A DNA stretch of 57,176 nucleotides from a virus (lineage: Duplodnaviria > Caudoviricetes): IMG/VR virus record IMGVR_UViG_3300043446_003411, positions 1-57,176 of that record. One strand, given 5' to 3'. The notes beneath the pieces were generated by a model that was given only the letters and a program-made list of their open reading frames with translations, did not search any database and was not told where the DNA came from. Of the stretch, positions 7,425 through 16,158 are shown in pieces. Positions within the stretch are counted from its first letter, which is position 1, and each line of letters opens with the position of its first letter. Both the position numbers and the translations under genes were made by a program.

Positions 7425-9409
7425 ATTAAATCAATATCTTTGAGCGGGATCCAGAGATGAATATGACTATGGTTCGGAGAGTATTCTTCCAAATTATATT
7501 CAATCATAACCATTCTATCTCTAGGGTCAACAGATAGGATCACAACTTCGTCCCCAACGGGTATTGCGCCGTAGGTTCCTCTGTCTTCTTCCTCGCAACC
7601 CATTTCGCCAGTGACTGGGTTGTATCCAAGATCATCCGGGCTGTAGATAAAATTGCCGTCAGGTCGAATCTTCAATGGTAGTGCGTCCGGATGTGGAACC
7701 AGACCACCACGCTGCTCGCCCCACAACTCTTTTCTAACAAAGCCCCTAGGGGACCGACCACCCGTAAGTTCCTGCTGGATATAAACGACAATGTCTTTGA
7801 TCGGAATATCAGAGGACAGTATCGTTACCGAGGAAGACTTTTTGTTGTCGTCCTCGAAAAGATCAGAGAGACTATCGAATAAACTGAAACTGCTCTCTTG
7901 TGGCTGCTCAATTGCAGGTTGCTCCACCTCGGGCTCTGGCTGAACACTGTCGGCAGGAATTGGCACAGGCTGTTTTATCGGTGTGGTAGGCATTTGCATT
8001 TGTGACCATGCGCCTCCGGGACCAGCCGCTTTGATTCTCTCTTTAATCATCTTCAGGATAACCTTAGGATCCTTGTTCTTAAGGTATCTTTGAATGAAGT
8101 CTCGTCCGCGCTTCTTGTCGTTGACCTCCCACCAATGAAAGTCTCTAAAAAGGTCTTGGGCTTTTGTCTTTGAGAAAAGATCAGAGTCCGGATTCGCGTC
8201 GTAAGCCTCTTGTATGGCGTTTTTTCTTACACGAATCTCTTTCTTTAACTGATCAATTTGTTGTCTTTTCTCTGTGTACTCTCCCCTATCTGCCCAGAAA
8301 TACTCAGGAACTGGTTCGCCCTGCTCGCGCAGCCTTCTGACATCTTCCGGGTCGGCGTCGTAGAACCCTAAGGGGAGTTCCTCTAACTGTCCCTGTTCGT
8401 ATAGATTCATTTGCTCAGGGGTAAGCCTCGGTCCAAATCTTGTGGGCCTGTTGGCCAGAAGTTCTCTCGCCTCTTTGTCAAGACCTATCATCTGGGCAAC
8501 ACGCGCAACAATTTCTTTCTTATAAATTTCTGTTTCCTCTGTGTCGTAAACGTTTCTGGTGTTCACGAGCATTTGAAGTTCTTGCGTTAAGTTAGAGATG
8601 GCGTTTTGATCAGACGGATCCGTTTCGTATATTTCGTTTAGGATCCTTGTAATCTCGTCAACGACCTGATCCGCCGACACAAGGTCAAACTGATCTTGCA
8701 GCGCCTTGTTCAAAACCGAGATGTCTATACCGTCCAGCATCTCCAGTTCTCTTGGGGAGATTCTTCTCCTTTCAGGCTCCTGCTTCTCGTCAACAATCTC
8801 CTTCATTGCGTCCCAGTCAGTTCCTTCTAATCGGTCTTGCTCCAACAGTTCTGGGAAGAACCTCTGCATGACGGAGGGATCGACATCTTCATACTCAACT
8901 GCTCTTGTCATCGATGTCCACCAAAGAGCAAGGATGTGCGAACAGACCCTACCTTCGAACTTCTTATTGACTTCTTTTCTGCGACCGCGCATGTCGACTT
9001 TGTAGATCGGCCTTCGGTCCCAAGCGTATCGCCCCCAAGCGCAAGCGCAAGACCAAGATCTGATCGCTCGGCTCTTTGGGTGCGGAATAAGAATCTTGGC
9101 TTCATAGGATCCGTGGTCGCCAACGATCTTTCCGTACACCTCAATGATCTCATGGGGGAGATTAAGATCGTAAGGTCTTTTGTAAATAAGGCTTACTCTG
9201 TTGGAGGTGACGATAACCTTTGCTTTGCGCTCAACATCGATCCAAGCAGATTGATGCTGCATGCGTCCGAGTTTCTCAATATCGAAACAACCCTGTTCTA
9301 AGTACTGATACGAAACAGGATCGGAGACATAGAGGGATTCCTCATCAGTGAGTTGAGATGGGAGTTTGTCCCAAGCGGCTGCCTTTTGCTTTGTACTAAG
9401 CATTAGCAA
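7421..9409 (-). CDS. SWIM zinc-finger protein of the head region
   Basis: WSCACAW...VCSH (CxC-xn-CxH). Confidence 0.75.
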   Translation of the reverse strand: MLMLSTKQKAAAWDKLPSQLTDEESLYVSDPVSYQYLEQGCFDIEKLGRMQHQSAWIDVERKAKVIVTSNRVSLIYKRPYDLNLPHEIIEVYGKIVGDHGSYEAKILIPHPKSRAIRSWSCACAWGRYAWDRRPIYKVDMRGRRKEVNKKFEGRVCSHILALWWTSMTRAVEYEDVDPSVMQRFFPELLEQDRLEGTDWDAMKEIVDEKQEPERRRISPRELEMLDGIDISVLNKALQDQFDLVSADQVVDEITRILNEIYETDPSDQNAISNLTQELQMLVNTRNVYDTEETEIYKKEIVARVAQMIGLDKEARELLANRPTRFGPRLTPEQMNLYEQGQLEELPLGFYDADPEDVRRLREQGEPVPEYFWADRGEYTEKRQQIDQLKKEIRVRKNAIQEAYDANPDSDLFSKTKAQDLFRDFHWWEVNDKKRGRDFIQRYLKNKDPKVILKMIKERIKAAGPGGAWSQMQMPTTPIKQPVPIPADSVQPEPEVEQPAIEQPQESSFSLFDSLSDLFEDDNKKSSSVTILSSDIPIKDIVVYIQQELTGGRSPRGFVRKELWGEQRGGLVPHPDALPLKIRPDGNFIYSPDDLGYNPVTGEMGCEEEDRGTYGAIPVGDEVVILSVDPRDRMVMIEYNLEEYSPNHSHIHLWIPLKDIDLI

Positions 9410-10484
9410 CCCTTTCCTTGATCTTCTTGTCGTCTTGCTGGTGTATCACATACACATGTTTGACTTCATGTTCCGGATACATATCAATCCACAAATTGAT
9501 TAGATGCCTAATAGTATAAGGCAGTGAAGACTGATTGACAATCAGCAAATCCCCATCCGGAGTGTAGTAGCCCTCAGCCACGCCAAACGGATTGGTCTCA
9601 TCGATCTCCACCCTCTCGTCTCCCGGCTCTCCGACATAGAGTCGATCTCTCTCAACATGGAAAGAGAATGGAATAGGTCCTGCCGGCTGCGCAGCACCAA
9701 CGACCTGTCCACCGGGACCACCACCGGGTCTTGATGCCTCGTTGTCAGGATAAAAGTATTCGTCGTTATCTCTGATTTCGTACTCAGGACCTGTTGGCTC
9801 TTTCTTGGGATGATCGTGAGTCATATGCAGAAGGAACTCGCTATAAGAATCAAACACCTCACTGCATTCGGTACAACCATATGTGTCTTCCGACAGTCTA
9901 GGAGTGATGACTCTAAGATCACCTTGACCGGGCAGTTTGCCTCTGTCGTTGTCTTGAATCTGAATGTCTGTTAGCAGGCTCTTATCTGTGTTCTTCCAAG
10001 GATATTTAAAATGGTCATCGCCGATGCCGGGATCTGCGGCCATCTTGCGGATACCGACCGGCAAGGGAATACCATTCTTGTCCTGAACGGAAACGAGATG
10101 CAGCGGGTGGTTCCACTCCTTGAAATTGGTTGAGGGATCTTTCGCCCATCTGCGGAAAATACCGTGCAGAAAATCGAGATCTACATTGGCCTTCTCCACC
10201 ACAAATGATGTCGTCCAGCGATGCGTGATCTCTACGGAGCCCGTTGCAAACGGTCCGTGATGGTCATCGACAATACCTAGTGCCCGATAGGCATCATCAA
10301 GATTATCGGGACTGACAACAAGAATGGTCTTACCAGCAAGAACCCAGCGGAAAACTTGTTTGGTCGCGCCAGACATATCTGACATTTGCTGCCTGTCAAA
10401 CTGGAACTGCAACTCTTGCGGCTGCTGTGCTGGGTAGGCGTCGGTGCCCCATCCGAAGTCGGATTCTTTGCGAATGTCTTCCAT
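9396..10484 (-). CDS. hypothetical head-region protein with a C2H2 zinc finger
   Basis: CTECSEVFDSYSEFLLHMTHDH. Confidence 0.75.
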   Translation of the reverse strand: MEDIRKESDFGWGTDAYPAQQPQELQFQFDRQQMSDMSGATKQVFRWVLAGKTILVVSPDNLDDAYRALGIVDDHHGPFATGSVEITHRWTTSFVVEKANVDLDFLHGIFRRWAKDPSTNFKEWNHPLHLVSVQDKNGIPLPVGIRKMAADPGIGDDHFKYPWKNTDKSLLTDIQIQDNDRGKLPGQGDLRVITPRLSEDTYGCTECSEVFDSYSEFLLHMTHDHPKKEPTGPEYEIRDNDEYFYPDNEASRPGGGPGGQVVGAAQPAGPIPFSFHVERDRLYVGEPGDERVEIDETNPFGVAEGYYTPDGDLLIVNQSSLPYTIRHLINLWIDMYPEHEVKHVYVIHQQDDKKIKERVANA

Positions 10485-10518
10485 AACAAAAACGCGCTCT
10501 ATACTAATTAGAGCGCGT
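10485..10518 (-). terminator. intrinsic terminator-like hairpin
   Basis: ACGCGCTCT/AGAGCGCGT 9-bp stem followed by TTTTTGTT on the minus strand. Confidence 0.6.
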
Positions 10519-10539
10519 ACACCACACTATAATAGAATG

Positions 10540-10665
10540 CAGCGGGCCAGAGGACTGGCAAGAGCGGTGGGATCCGATTATGCCAGTGCTCTGGCCCTTT
10601 TGTGGTTTCGAAGACTTCCTGAGAAGTAGACTTCGGATCACCTCCACGCTTGTACCGCTCTCGCC
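10540..10665 (+). ncRNA. unassigned structured RNA element (strand uncertain)
   Basis: 16-bp interrupted hairpin whose loop has two downstream complements; TATAAT at 10528-10533; contains GGATCACCTCC. Confidence 0.55.
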
Positions 10666-10667
10666 TA

Positions 10668-10868
10668 TTATGGCTCGTCCGAAAGCGATAACAAGTATAA
10701 AGCCTTATCGGGATTGCCGCATTTGATTGCCGCCTCGGCAATCCTCAGATCAACGTCTTGCCGAATGGAGATCTCTAAAGCCATTGCTGGCTCCCACCCC
10801 GCAGCAATCAAAACGCTCTTGCGCCAAGCGATAACGGCTTCATCCTCTTTTGAGACTGTCATCAACAA
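10668..10868 (-). CDS. hypothetical protein
   Basis: Packed ORF. Confidence 0.6.
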   Translation of the reverse strand: MLMTVSKEDEAVIAWRKSVLIAAGWEPAMALEISIRQDVDLRIAEAAIKCGNPDKALYLLSLSDEP

Positions 10869-11051
10869 TTAAGGTGAAGCCTTAGCCTTACTTAAAGGGC
10901 TACGGCTAGGAGAACCTCCTGCACCATTAACGCTTGACAAACCAAAAGAAAACACACGGGTCCATTTTCCGCTGTTATCTGGCGGAACGTCGGCCTTGTC
11001 TGTCTCTACGACAGTGCCGTTTTCGTGTTGCCACTCATAGACTACTGCCAT
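10869..11051 (-). CDS. hypothetical protein (MAVVYEWQHENG...)
   Basis: Start trimmed to the ATG preceded by GGAG. Confidence 0.6.
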   Translation of the reverse strand: MAVVYEWQHENGTVVETDKADVPPDNSGKWTRVFSFGLSSVNGAGGSPSRSPLSKAKASP

Positions 11052-11334
11052 CGATTTCTCCGCGCTCGCCACCATGAGCGTACTGTCGAAGGTAGCGGTT
11101 GATGATTTTGTAGGAATTTCTGAGATGACGCATTGCCTTTCCGTCATACTCGTCTTTCTCTAGTTCTGATAGGGCCTTGAGAATGTCCGTCTGCAGGTCG
11201 TATAGCGCACGGCTCTCTGGAGCCTGAGCGGGCTTCTTCTTGGGCTTCTTAATACCGCCCTTGGGCTGCTGCTCGTATTTGAAAACGTCGCCGCCGAAGG
11301 GGCTAAGTGGATCTGTAAAGTCCTGCCTAGGCAT
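11035..11334 (-). CDS. hypothetical protein (MPRQDFTDP...)
   Basis: Start trimmed to remove a long overlap. Confidence 0.6.
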   Translation of the reverse strand: MPRQDFTDPLSPFGGDVFKYEQQPKGGIKKPKKKPAQAPESRALYDLQTDILKALSELEKDEYDGKAMRHLRNSYKIINRYLRQYAHGGERGEIDGSSL

Positions 11335-11575
11335 CTTCTTCCTCTTCTTGGTCATCCTCTTGGTATGTCTCGTAGACATAGTCCTTGAGGAAGCCAGACA
11401 ATCTCTCATGAATTCTAGACAACTCATTAGTGAGTGGTCGATAATTAATTGTCTGCTGGAGGTTGTTATATGCCTCTGCCACATCCTCAGACTGATAGGC
11501 ACTCATCGTAAGATGGAGAACGGCGATAGTGTCCTCAAGGTCTTCAATCGGTATCTGAATCGACTTCTCTGTCAT
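11327..11575 (-). CDS. hypothetical protein
   Basis: Packed ORF with an acidic tail. Confidence 0.65.
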   Translation of the reverse strand: MTEKSIQIPIEDLEDTIAVLHLTMSAYQSEDVAEAYNNLQQTINYRPLTNELSRIHERLSGFLKDYVYETYQEDDQEEEEDA

Positions 11576-11918
11576 CTTCCATCCAATCTGGCTTTTCTGG
11601 TGTCATGAAGGACACCGCAATAATCTCGTCAGCAAGAAATGCTTTCTTGTTGAACGATCTGTCAGTGAAATAGATAAACTTTATATTCTTGTCGTCATTA
11701 ATCGCGTTCCACCAAGTCGAAGTGAAACTCATCAGTTCCTCAAGATCTTTAACCGGATCGTCCTTCTCGAAAAAGAAGACATGCTCCGTGAAGATCGGCT
11801 CGGGCTTATGACGAAGATGAACTATCATCTCTATCGGGATCTGATAGACCCCCTCTAGATCGAACAGGTCTTCTGACTCGAACATTCTTTCTTCTCCAAA
11901 GAAATCATAATCATGCAT
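11544..11918 (-). CDS. hypothetical protein
   Basis: Packed ORF. Confidence 0.65.
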   Translation of the reverse strand: MHDYDFFGEERMFESEDLFDLEGVYQIPIEMIVHLRHKPEPIFTEHVFFFEKDDPVKDLEELMSFTSTWWNAINDDKNIKFIYFTDRSFNKKAFLADEIIAVSFMTPEKPDWMEDDREVDSDTD

Positions 11919-12162
11919 CTTTTGCTTCCACTCCATTGAAATCAACTAGACGGAGTAGTCCGCCACAAACGCCACATACAAAAAGGTTTAGAGGTCTACC
12001 GTTGCGATTGACCTGACCATTGTCTTCAATGACCCAATCGATAGCGGAGACCGGGTGAGGACAACCTGTAACCGGGACAGCGCCGGCCTTTGCTCTGGCC
12101 GACTCACGGGCACGAATGATTTCCGCATCAGGCGAATTGAGATATTTGAGGGAATCAGTCAT
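11911..12162 (-). CDS. small zinc-ribbon protein
   Basis: CPH...CGVC. Confidence 0.6.
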   Translation of the reverse strand: MTDSLKYLNSPDAEIIRARESARAKAGAVPVTGCPHPVSAIDWVIEDNGQVNRNGRPLNLFVCGVCGGLLRLVDFNGVEAKDA

Positions 12163-12409
12163 CGTCAAACAGACTCGCTTGATAGAAGCCAAAAGAATTC
12201 TTGTCTTCGATAAGAGCGATATACCTATCGAGATACCAAGCGGCCTTCTTAAGGTCTTCTAGTTCCTTGCCCTTGCGCTTGGCGCGAGAGACATACTTCA
12301 CCACATTACCAAGGTGATAGGGAAGTTCCCAAGCCTCAATAACATCAATGGTCTCATGGACACCGAAGGCGTAATGAGGCGGATGATTCACCATATCCAG
12401 ATTGCTCAC
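12155..12409 (-). CDS. DUF3310 family protein
   Basis: DMVNHPPHY...ETIDVI...GNVVKYVSRA..KG..LEDLKKA.WYL. Confidence 0.9.
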   Translation of the reverse strand: MSNLDMVNHPPHYAFGVHETIDVIEAWELPYHLGNVVKYVSRAKRKGKELEDLKKAAWYLDRYIALIEDKNSFGFYQASLFDDD

Positions 12410-12633
12410 GACGACTGTCCTTTCAGTTCCGCATAGCCTTCCTCAAGATAGGTATCAATTTCTTTCTTGATGGCCTCACGACGCTCTGCAATGAACGAGG
12501 CGACCTTATCGTCCGGCTCATCGATCACCATCCACGTCTCCGTGCGGCTCTCAGAGATATCTGCGGACTCGTAGTTGCCAAGATTTGCCTTGACGCTGGC
12601 GCGATACGAGATAGCAACCTCACGCAGTTCCAT
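12406..12633 (-). CDS. hypothetical phage protein (NLGNYES motif)
   Basis: Packed ORF; motif common in small phage proteins. Confidence 0.7.
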   Translation of the reverse strand: MELREVAISYRASVKANLGNYESADISESRTETWMVIDEPDDKVASFIAERREAIKKEIDTYLEEGYAELKGQSS

Positions 12634-12812
12634 TACGCCTCGCCCCCTGAGACCTCACCAGAGGCCCATAGAAGGCGCGTACCGTCCTTCTCTTCGATCT
12701 CCTTGATCGCGCTCTGGATTGCGTTGCTGAGGGCATCCTGAGCGTTCTGAGACAGTGGTCCACCGTTCATGTTCCAAACAGTGAAGTGAGTGTAGGTATC
12801 GATAACGGTCAT
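12633..12812 (-). CDS. hypothetical protein (MTVIDTYTHFTVWN...)
   Basis: 59-aa ORF read by eye; ATGA and TAATG overlaps at its two ends. Confidence 0.65.
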   Translation of the reverse strand: MTVIDTYTHFTVWNMNGGPLSQNAQDALSNAIQSAIKEIEEKDGTRLLWASGEVSGGEA

Positions 12813-13819
12813 GCGTAAATCAACTCCTGATCGTAGACGTTGCCGTAGTGTTTTCCGCCGTAGATATATCCGTTGTGTACTGCGCGGACCAGTTCCACAT
12901 GGTAGTTATCGGTCTTTGTTGAGAAGTGGCCAACAGCGATACCCGGCTGCCAGTTCGTCTCACCGATCTTGTAGTCGGCATTACGCGAACAGAGACAGCC
13001 CTGCTCGTACCATGTGAGGTTGCGATAGCCGAACTTGGGATACTCCGCCATGCGATGAGTGTGTCCCATGATTCCCGAGATAAGCGTGTTCGTTAGGCGA
13101 GCCTTGGCGCTAGCGCCCGCTTCACCGCGAACAACGTGACCGTGCTCAAAAACAAACTCTGGGCGAATGCGATGACCACCACGGCCAAACAGCGTGATAT
13201 CGAGTTCGTTGAGACCTAGGAGAGTTTCCGGCTTAAGCGCTCTAAGGCTAGCCAGAGATCTTGCATTATTCTCGATATACGAAAGGATTCTCTCATCATG
13301 ATTGCCCAGATTCTCTCTAATCGTCGCATTGGGGAACATATCTCTTAGGCTGCGACGAAACTCGTAGCCCATATCAATTTCCTCTTGCAGATTGTCAAGG
13401 CGCTCAAGGCCCTGATTGAATCTTGAGAGTTGGAAGAAGTCATTGACATCTCCATTGATTACAACGACATGCGGCTGGATATCATTCATGAGTAGAAGTG
13501 TCGCCTCAAGTAGTTGCTTATTGTGATATGGGAAATGAATATCTGATATCGACACAACCGTCTCAAACAGTTCTGTCGTTGTCGGCTCAAGGAGCGGAGC
13601 GATTCCCTCGCCCCACTTCTCTGTGTCGGGAACGACAAAACCAGCACCGGGAATGTATCTCTGGTGCTTGTTCTTGATCTTCCGGTATTCGGCGACCCTA
13701 GAACGAAGACCGGAGATAGACCCGCCCCAACCGATCTCTTCTGCCAGTTCCGCCCACGAGGGATTTGGTTCTCCCTTGGGCTTGCGTTCTAGACAATATT
13801 CGAGGATTTCTCTATTCAT
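12809..13819 (-). CDS. calcineurin-like metallophosphoesterase with N-terminal HTH
   Basis: SDIHFP, GDVND, GNHD, EHGH and GHTH motifs. Confidence 0.9.
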   Translation of the reverse strand: MNREILEYCLERKPKGEPNPSWAELAEEIGWGGSISGLRSRVAEYRKIKNKHQRYIPGAGFVVPDTEKWGEGIAPLLEPTTTELFETVVSISDIHFPYHNKQLLEATLLLMNDIQPHVVVINGDVNDFFQLSRFNQGLERLDNLQEEIDMGYEFRRSLRDMFPNATIRENLGNHDERILSYIENNARSLASLRALKPETLLGLNELDITLFGRGGHRIRPEFVFEHGHVVRGEAGASAKARLTNTLISGIMGHTHRMAEYPKFGYRNLTWYEQGCLCSRNADYKIGETNWQPGIAVGHFSTKTDNYHVELVRAVHNGYIYGGKHYGNVYDQELIYA

Positions 13820-15923
13820 CTTCTTCCTGAATCAGTTTGATGGAACGAGGACGTTTGGCGATTGCCGCTTTCTTTATAGCAGATTCGCCGTCAGGCTGCA
13901 ATTCGTATTGGTCTTTTTTGGAACCCATACGATTATATTGTAGCCCGGGTCTTCGTTCATTACTGACTTCAGGAACTGGCCCCATCTCCGGAGAGACTGG
14001 ACCTGCTGGGGGAGGACCACCCATAGGAGTGGCACCGCCCATACCGCCGGGGCCGAGAAGATCTTCCGGCATTCCCGGCATGGGAATAGGACCGCCGCCG
14101 GGGGCAGGAGGCATTGATGGACCACCCACGCCTGCGCCCATTGCGCCCATCTCGCCGCCCATACCTCCCGGCATTCCCTGCATGGCAGAAATCTCTGCCT
14201 GAAGGTCTGGCGGGATTGGGAGGCCCTTGGCTTGAAGAATCTTGTAAGACTCCATCTTCGCCTCTTGCTGGGCAACGGTCTTCATGATCATTTCCTTCTC
14301 TAGACGATCTAGAGATTCCTTGAAATCGAAGTTGACGCCAACCATCATGTGCTTGTCGGCAATCGGCACACCCATCGACTTCAGGGTCTGTAGGAACTGG
14401 CGTTCGGTTGCCTCATCGCGCATATCGAGAACAGCCATTTCCATATCGGGAATTAGAAGTTTGTTTCTCTTTTCAATGCGGAAACCATCTTTCGCATCAG
14501 GATCAGGAATAACAACTTCTTCATATATCGGAATACGAGTTTGTCCCTTCTTCTCGTAATCATAATGCTCGTGAGCCTCAGCGATAACCATTGCTCTTTC
14601 GCGGTAATGCTGCTTGAGATAATCTTGATAGGTACGCAGCATTTGATTCATAAACTCTGCCTGAAGCGCCGAGGACGCATAGGGCTGCGAGTTAACCCCA
14701 CCGCCAAGAAGCGAGGGATTGATGCCGAACACCTGCATGAGGCGGCGCTCAATCTGATCGAAATCACTCCAGAGGTTGGGCATGTCCTCACGCCCAAAGA
14801 CGTTTGTCACCTCAAGACCGAAGTGGTGGACCAAGAGGCGGAAGTCAGACGAGAGCGCCATGTCCATGTCGTCACGGAACTGCTCAAGATCGTCTGGACC
14901 GGGAATCCACGGACCCTGCCCATCACCAAGATCGGTTGCACCGAGTTTGGCGAGAATAAGCGGCGAATAAAGGCGCTCTGCAATCGCATCCTGTGATGCG
15001 AGCAACTTCTCTTCGTGAATCAATGTGCGGAGCCCACGAAGAAGAATAGGAGTTCCGTGATCGTCCCACGGATTTGCCTTGAATGCGATCTGCTTCATGA
15101 GAACGTCTGAGACTGGGAAGGCCTCGCTGCGCTCCAAGAAGGGAATGAGGTCGCCGTAATGCTCAACAAGCATCTTGTATTCATCATTCGGCTGCTTCGT
15201 GCGAGCGAGACGCTTGAGGTACTCTGGCGGCACGATCTTCATTTGCTTAGAACCCAGAAGCGGATAGTTCTCGATAATCACATCTTCCGGGTTGATAAGT
15301 TCTTCGCGCTCCCAAGTCCCGAGATGCTCGTTAAACGAAGCAAGGGGGAAAGCCTCACCAATCGTCCAATACTCGCGGCCAAGAGAAACAAGGAAGTCAG
15401 GATAGTTAAGTTGATCTAGGAATACTTCTTCGTAAAACGATGTAAGTTGATCGTCTTTAGAATTAAGATACATTCCTGCAAGCGGAAAGCGTGTGAAGAT
15501 GTCAACAAGAATAGGCACAAGATAGTGCGTCATGTAGTAGAGACGCATCCACTTATGCAACTTGTGACGATGGCCTTCGTCGGCCATATTCCAAGGTAGA
15601 CCGGATAGATCCCAATACTCCATTGGGTCGTAGAAACGCGGAATTGCGGCATACGCATCTCCGCCTGAGCCGACCTTCCTCATTCTCGATGAGCGGACAG
15701 CGCGTGCAAGACGGCTGTTCTCTCGCATCATCTTCAGCGTGGCTTCATTGTCCCCACCGTCGATACGGGTCAAATCCTGCTGCAGGGAGTGCGATGAAGC
15801 CATTCCATACATCTCTTTGGCCGTGATTGCCGCTCTGAGCGGGTTCTTGGGAAGCGTTAGGCTTTGACTCTTCAGCCGGTGCAGTTCCTGATCTAGACCT
15901 GATGTACGGATTTTCTTGTCCAT
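13812..15923 (-). CDS. portal protein with P/G/M-rich tail
   Basis: Position downstream of terminase; size; LVHHFGLEV..FG..and FGINPSLLGG..Y motifs typical of portals. Confidence 0.75.
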   Translation of the reverse strand: MDKKIRTSGLDQELHRLKSQSLTLPKNPLRAAITAKEMYGMASSHSLQQDLTRIDGGDNEATLKMMRENSRLARAVRSSRMRKVGSGGDAYAAIPRFYDPMEYWDLSGLPWNMADEGHRHKLHKWMRLYYMTHYLVPILVDIFTRFPLAGMYLNSKDDQLTSFYEEVFLDQLNYPDFLVSLGREYWTIGEAFPLASFNEHLGTWEREELINPEDVIIENYPLLGSKQMKIVPPEYLKRLARTKQPNDEYKMLVEHYGDLIPFLERSEAFPVSDVLMKQIAFKANPWDDHGTPILLRGLRTLIHEEKLLASQDAIAERLYSPLILAKLGATDLGDGQGPWIPGPDDLEQFRDDMDMALSSDFRLLVHHFGLEVTNVFGREDMPNLWSDFDQIERRLMQVFGINPSLLGGGVNSQPYASSALQAEFMNQMLRTYQDYLKQHYRERAMVIAEAHEHYDYEKKGQTRIPIYEEVVIPDPDAKDGFRIEKRNKLLIPDMEMAVLDMRDEATERQFLQTLKSMGVPIADKHMMVGVNFDFKESLDRLEKEMIMKTVAQQEAKMESYKILQAKGLPIPPDLQAEISAMQGMPGGMGGEMGAMGAGVGGPSMPPAPGGGPIPMPGMPEDLLGPGGMGGATPMGGPPPAGPVSPEMGPVPEVSNERRPGLQYNRMGSKKDQYELQPDGESAIKKAAIAKRPRSIKLIQEEDE

Positions 15924-16152
15924 TTATTCTTTGACTCACGATCCAAGTTAGAAGGCTGGGTTTGATTATACCACGATCAGCCTCTAAATGATGATTGGGA
16001 CAGAGGGAAATGACGTTCCCGAGAACGTACTCCCCTCCGTCCCGACCGGGTTTTATCCTGTGCTGCTGGACCACTGTTGTGTATCCGCATATTTCGCAAC
16101 GCTTTGGTGATAGTGATTTCTTCTTGTTTCTTGAAGTGCCTCTTTGAGACAA
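15745..16152 (-). CDS. HNH endonuclease
   Basis: CEICG...HRI..GG.Y..GN...LCPNHH. Confidence 0.85.
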   Translation of the reverse strand: MSQRGTSRNKKKSLSPKRCEICGYTTVVQQHRIKPGRDGGEYVLGNVISLCPNHHLEADRGIIKPSLLTWIVSQRINGQENPYIRSRSGTAPAEESKPNASQEPAQSGNHGQRDVWNGFIALPAAGFDPYRRWGQ

Positions 16153-16158
16153 TTCCGT

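Noticed and set aside
10508-10741. 77-aa minus-strand ORF across the structured element
   Set aside because: Overlaps the upstream gene by 74 nt, has no start signal, and the dense base-pairing is better explained as RNA; not fully excluded
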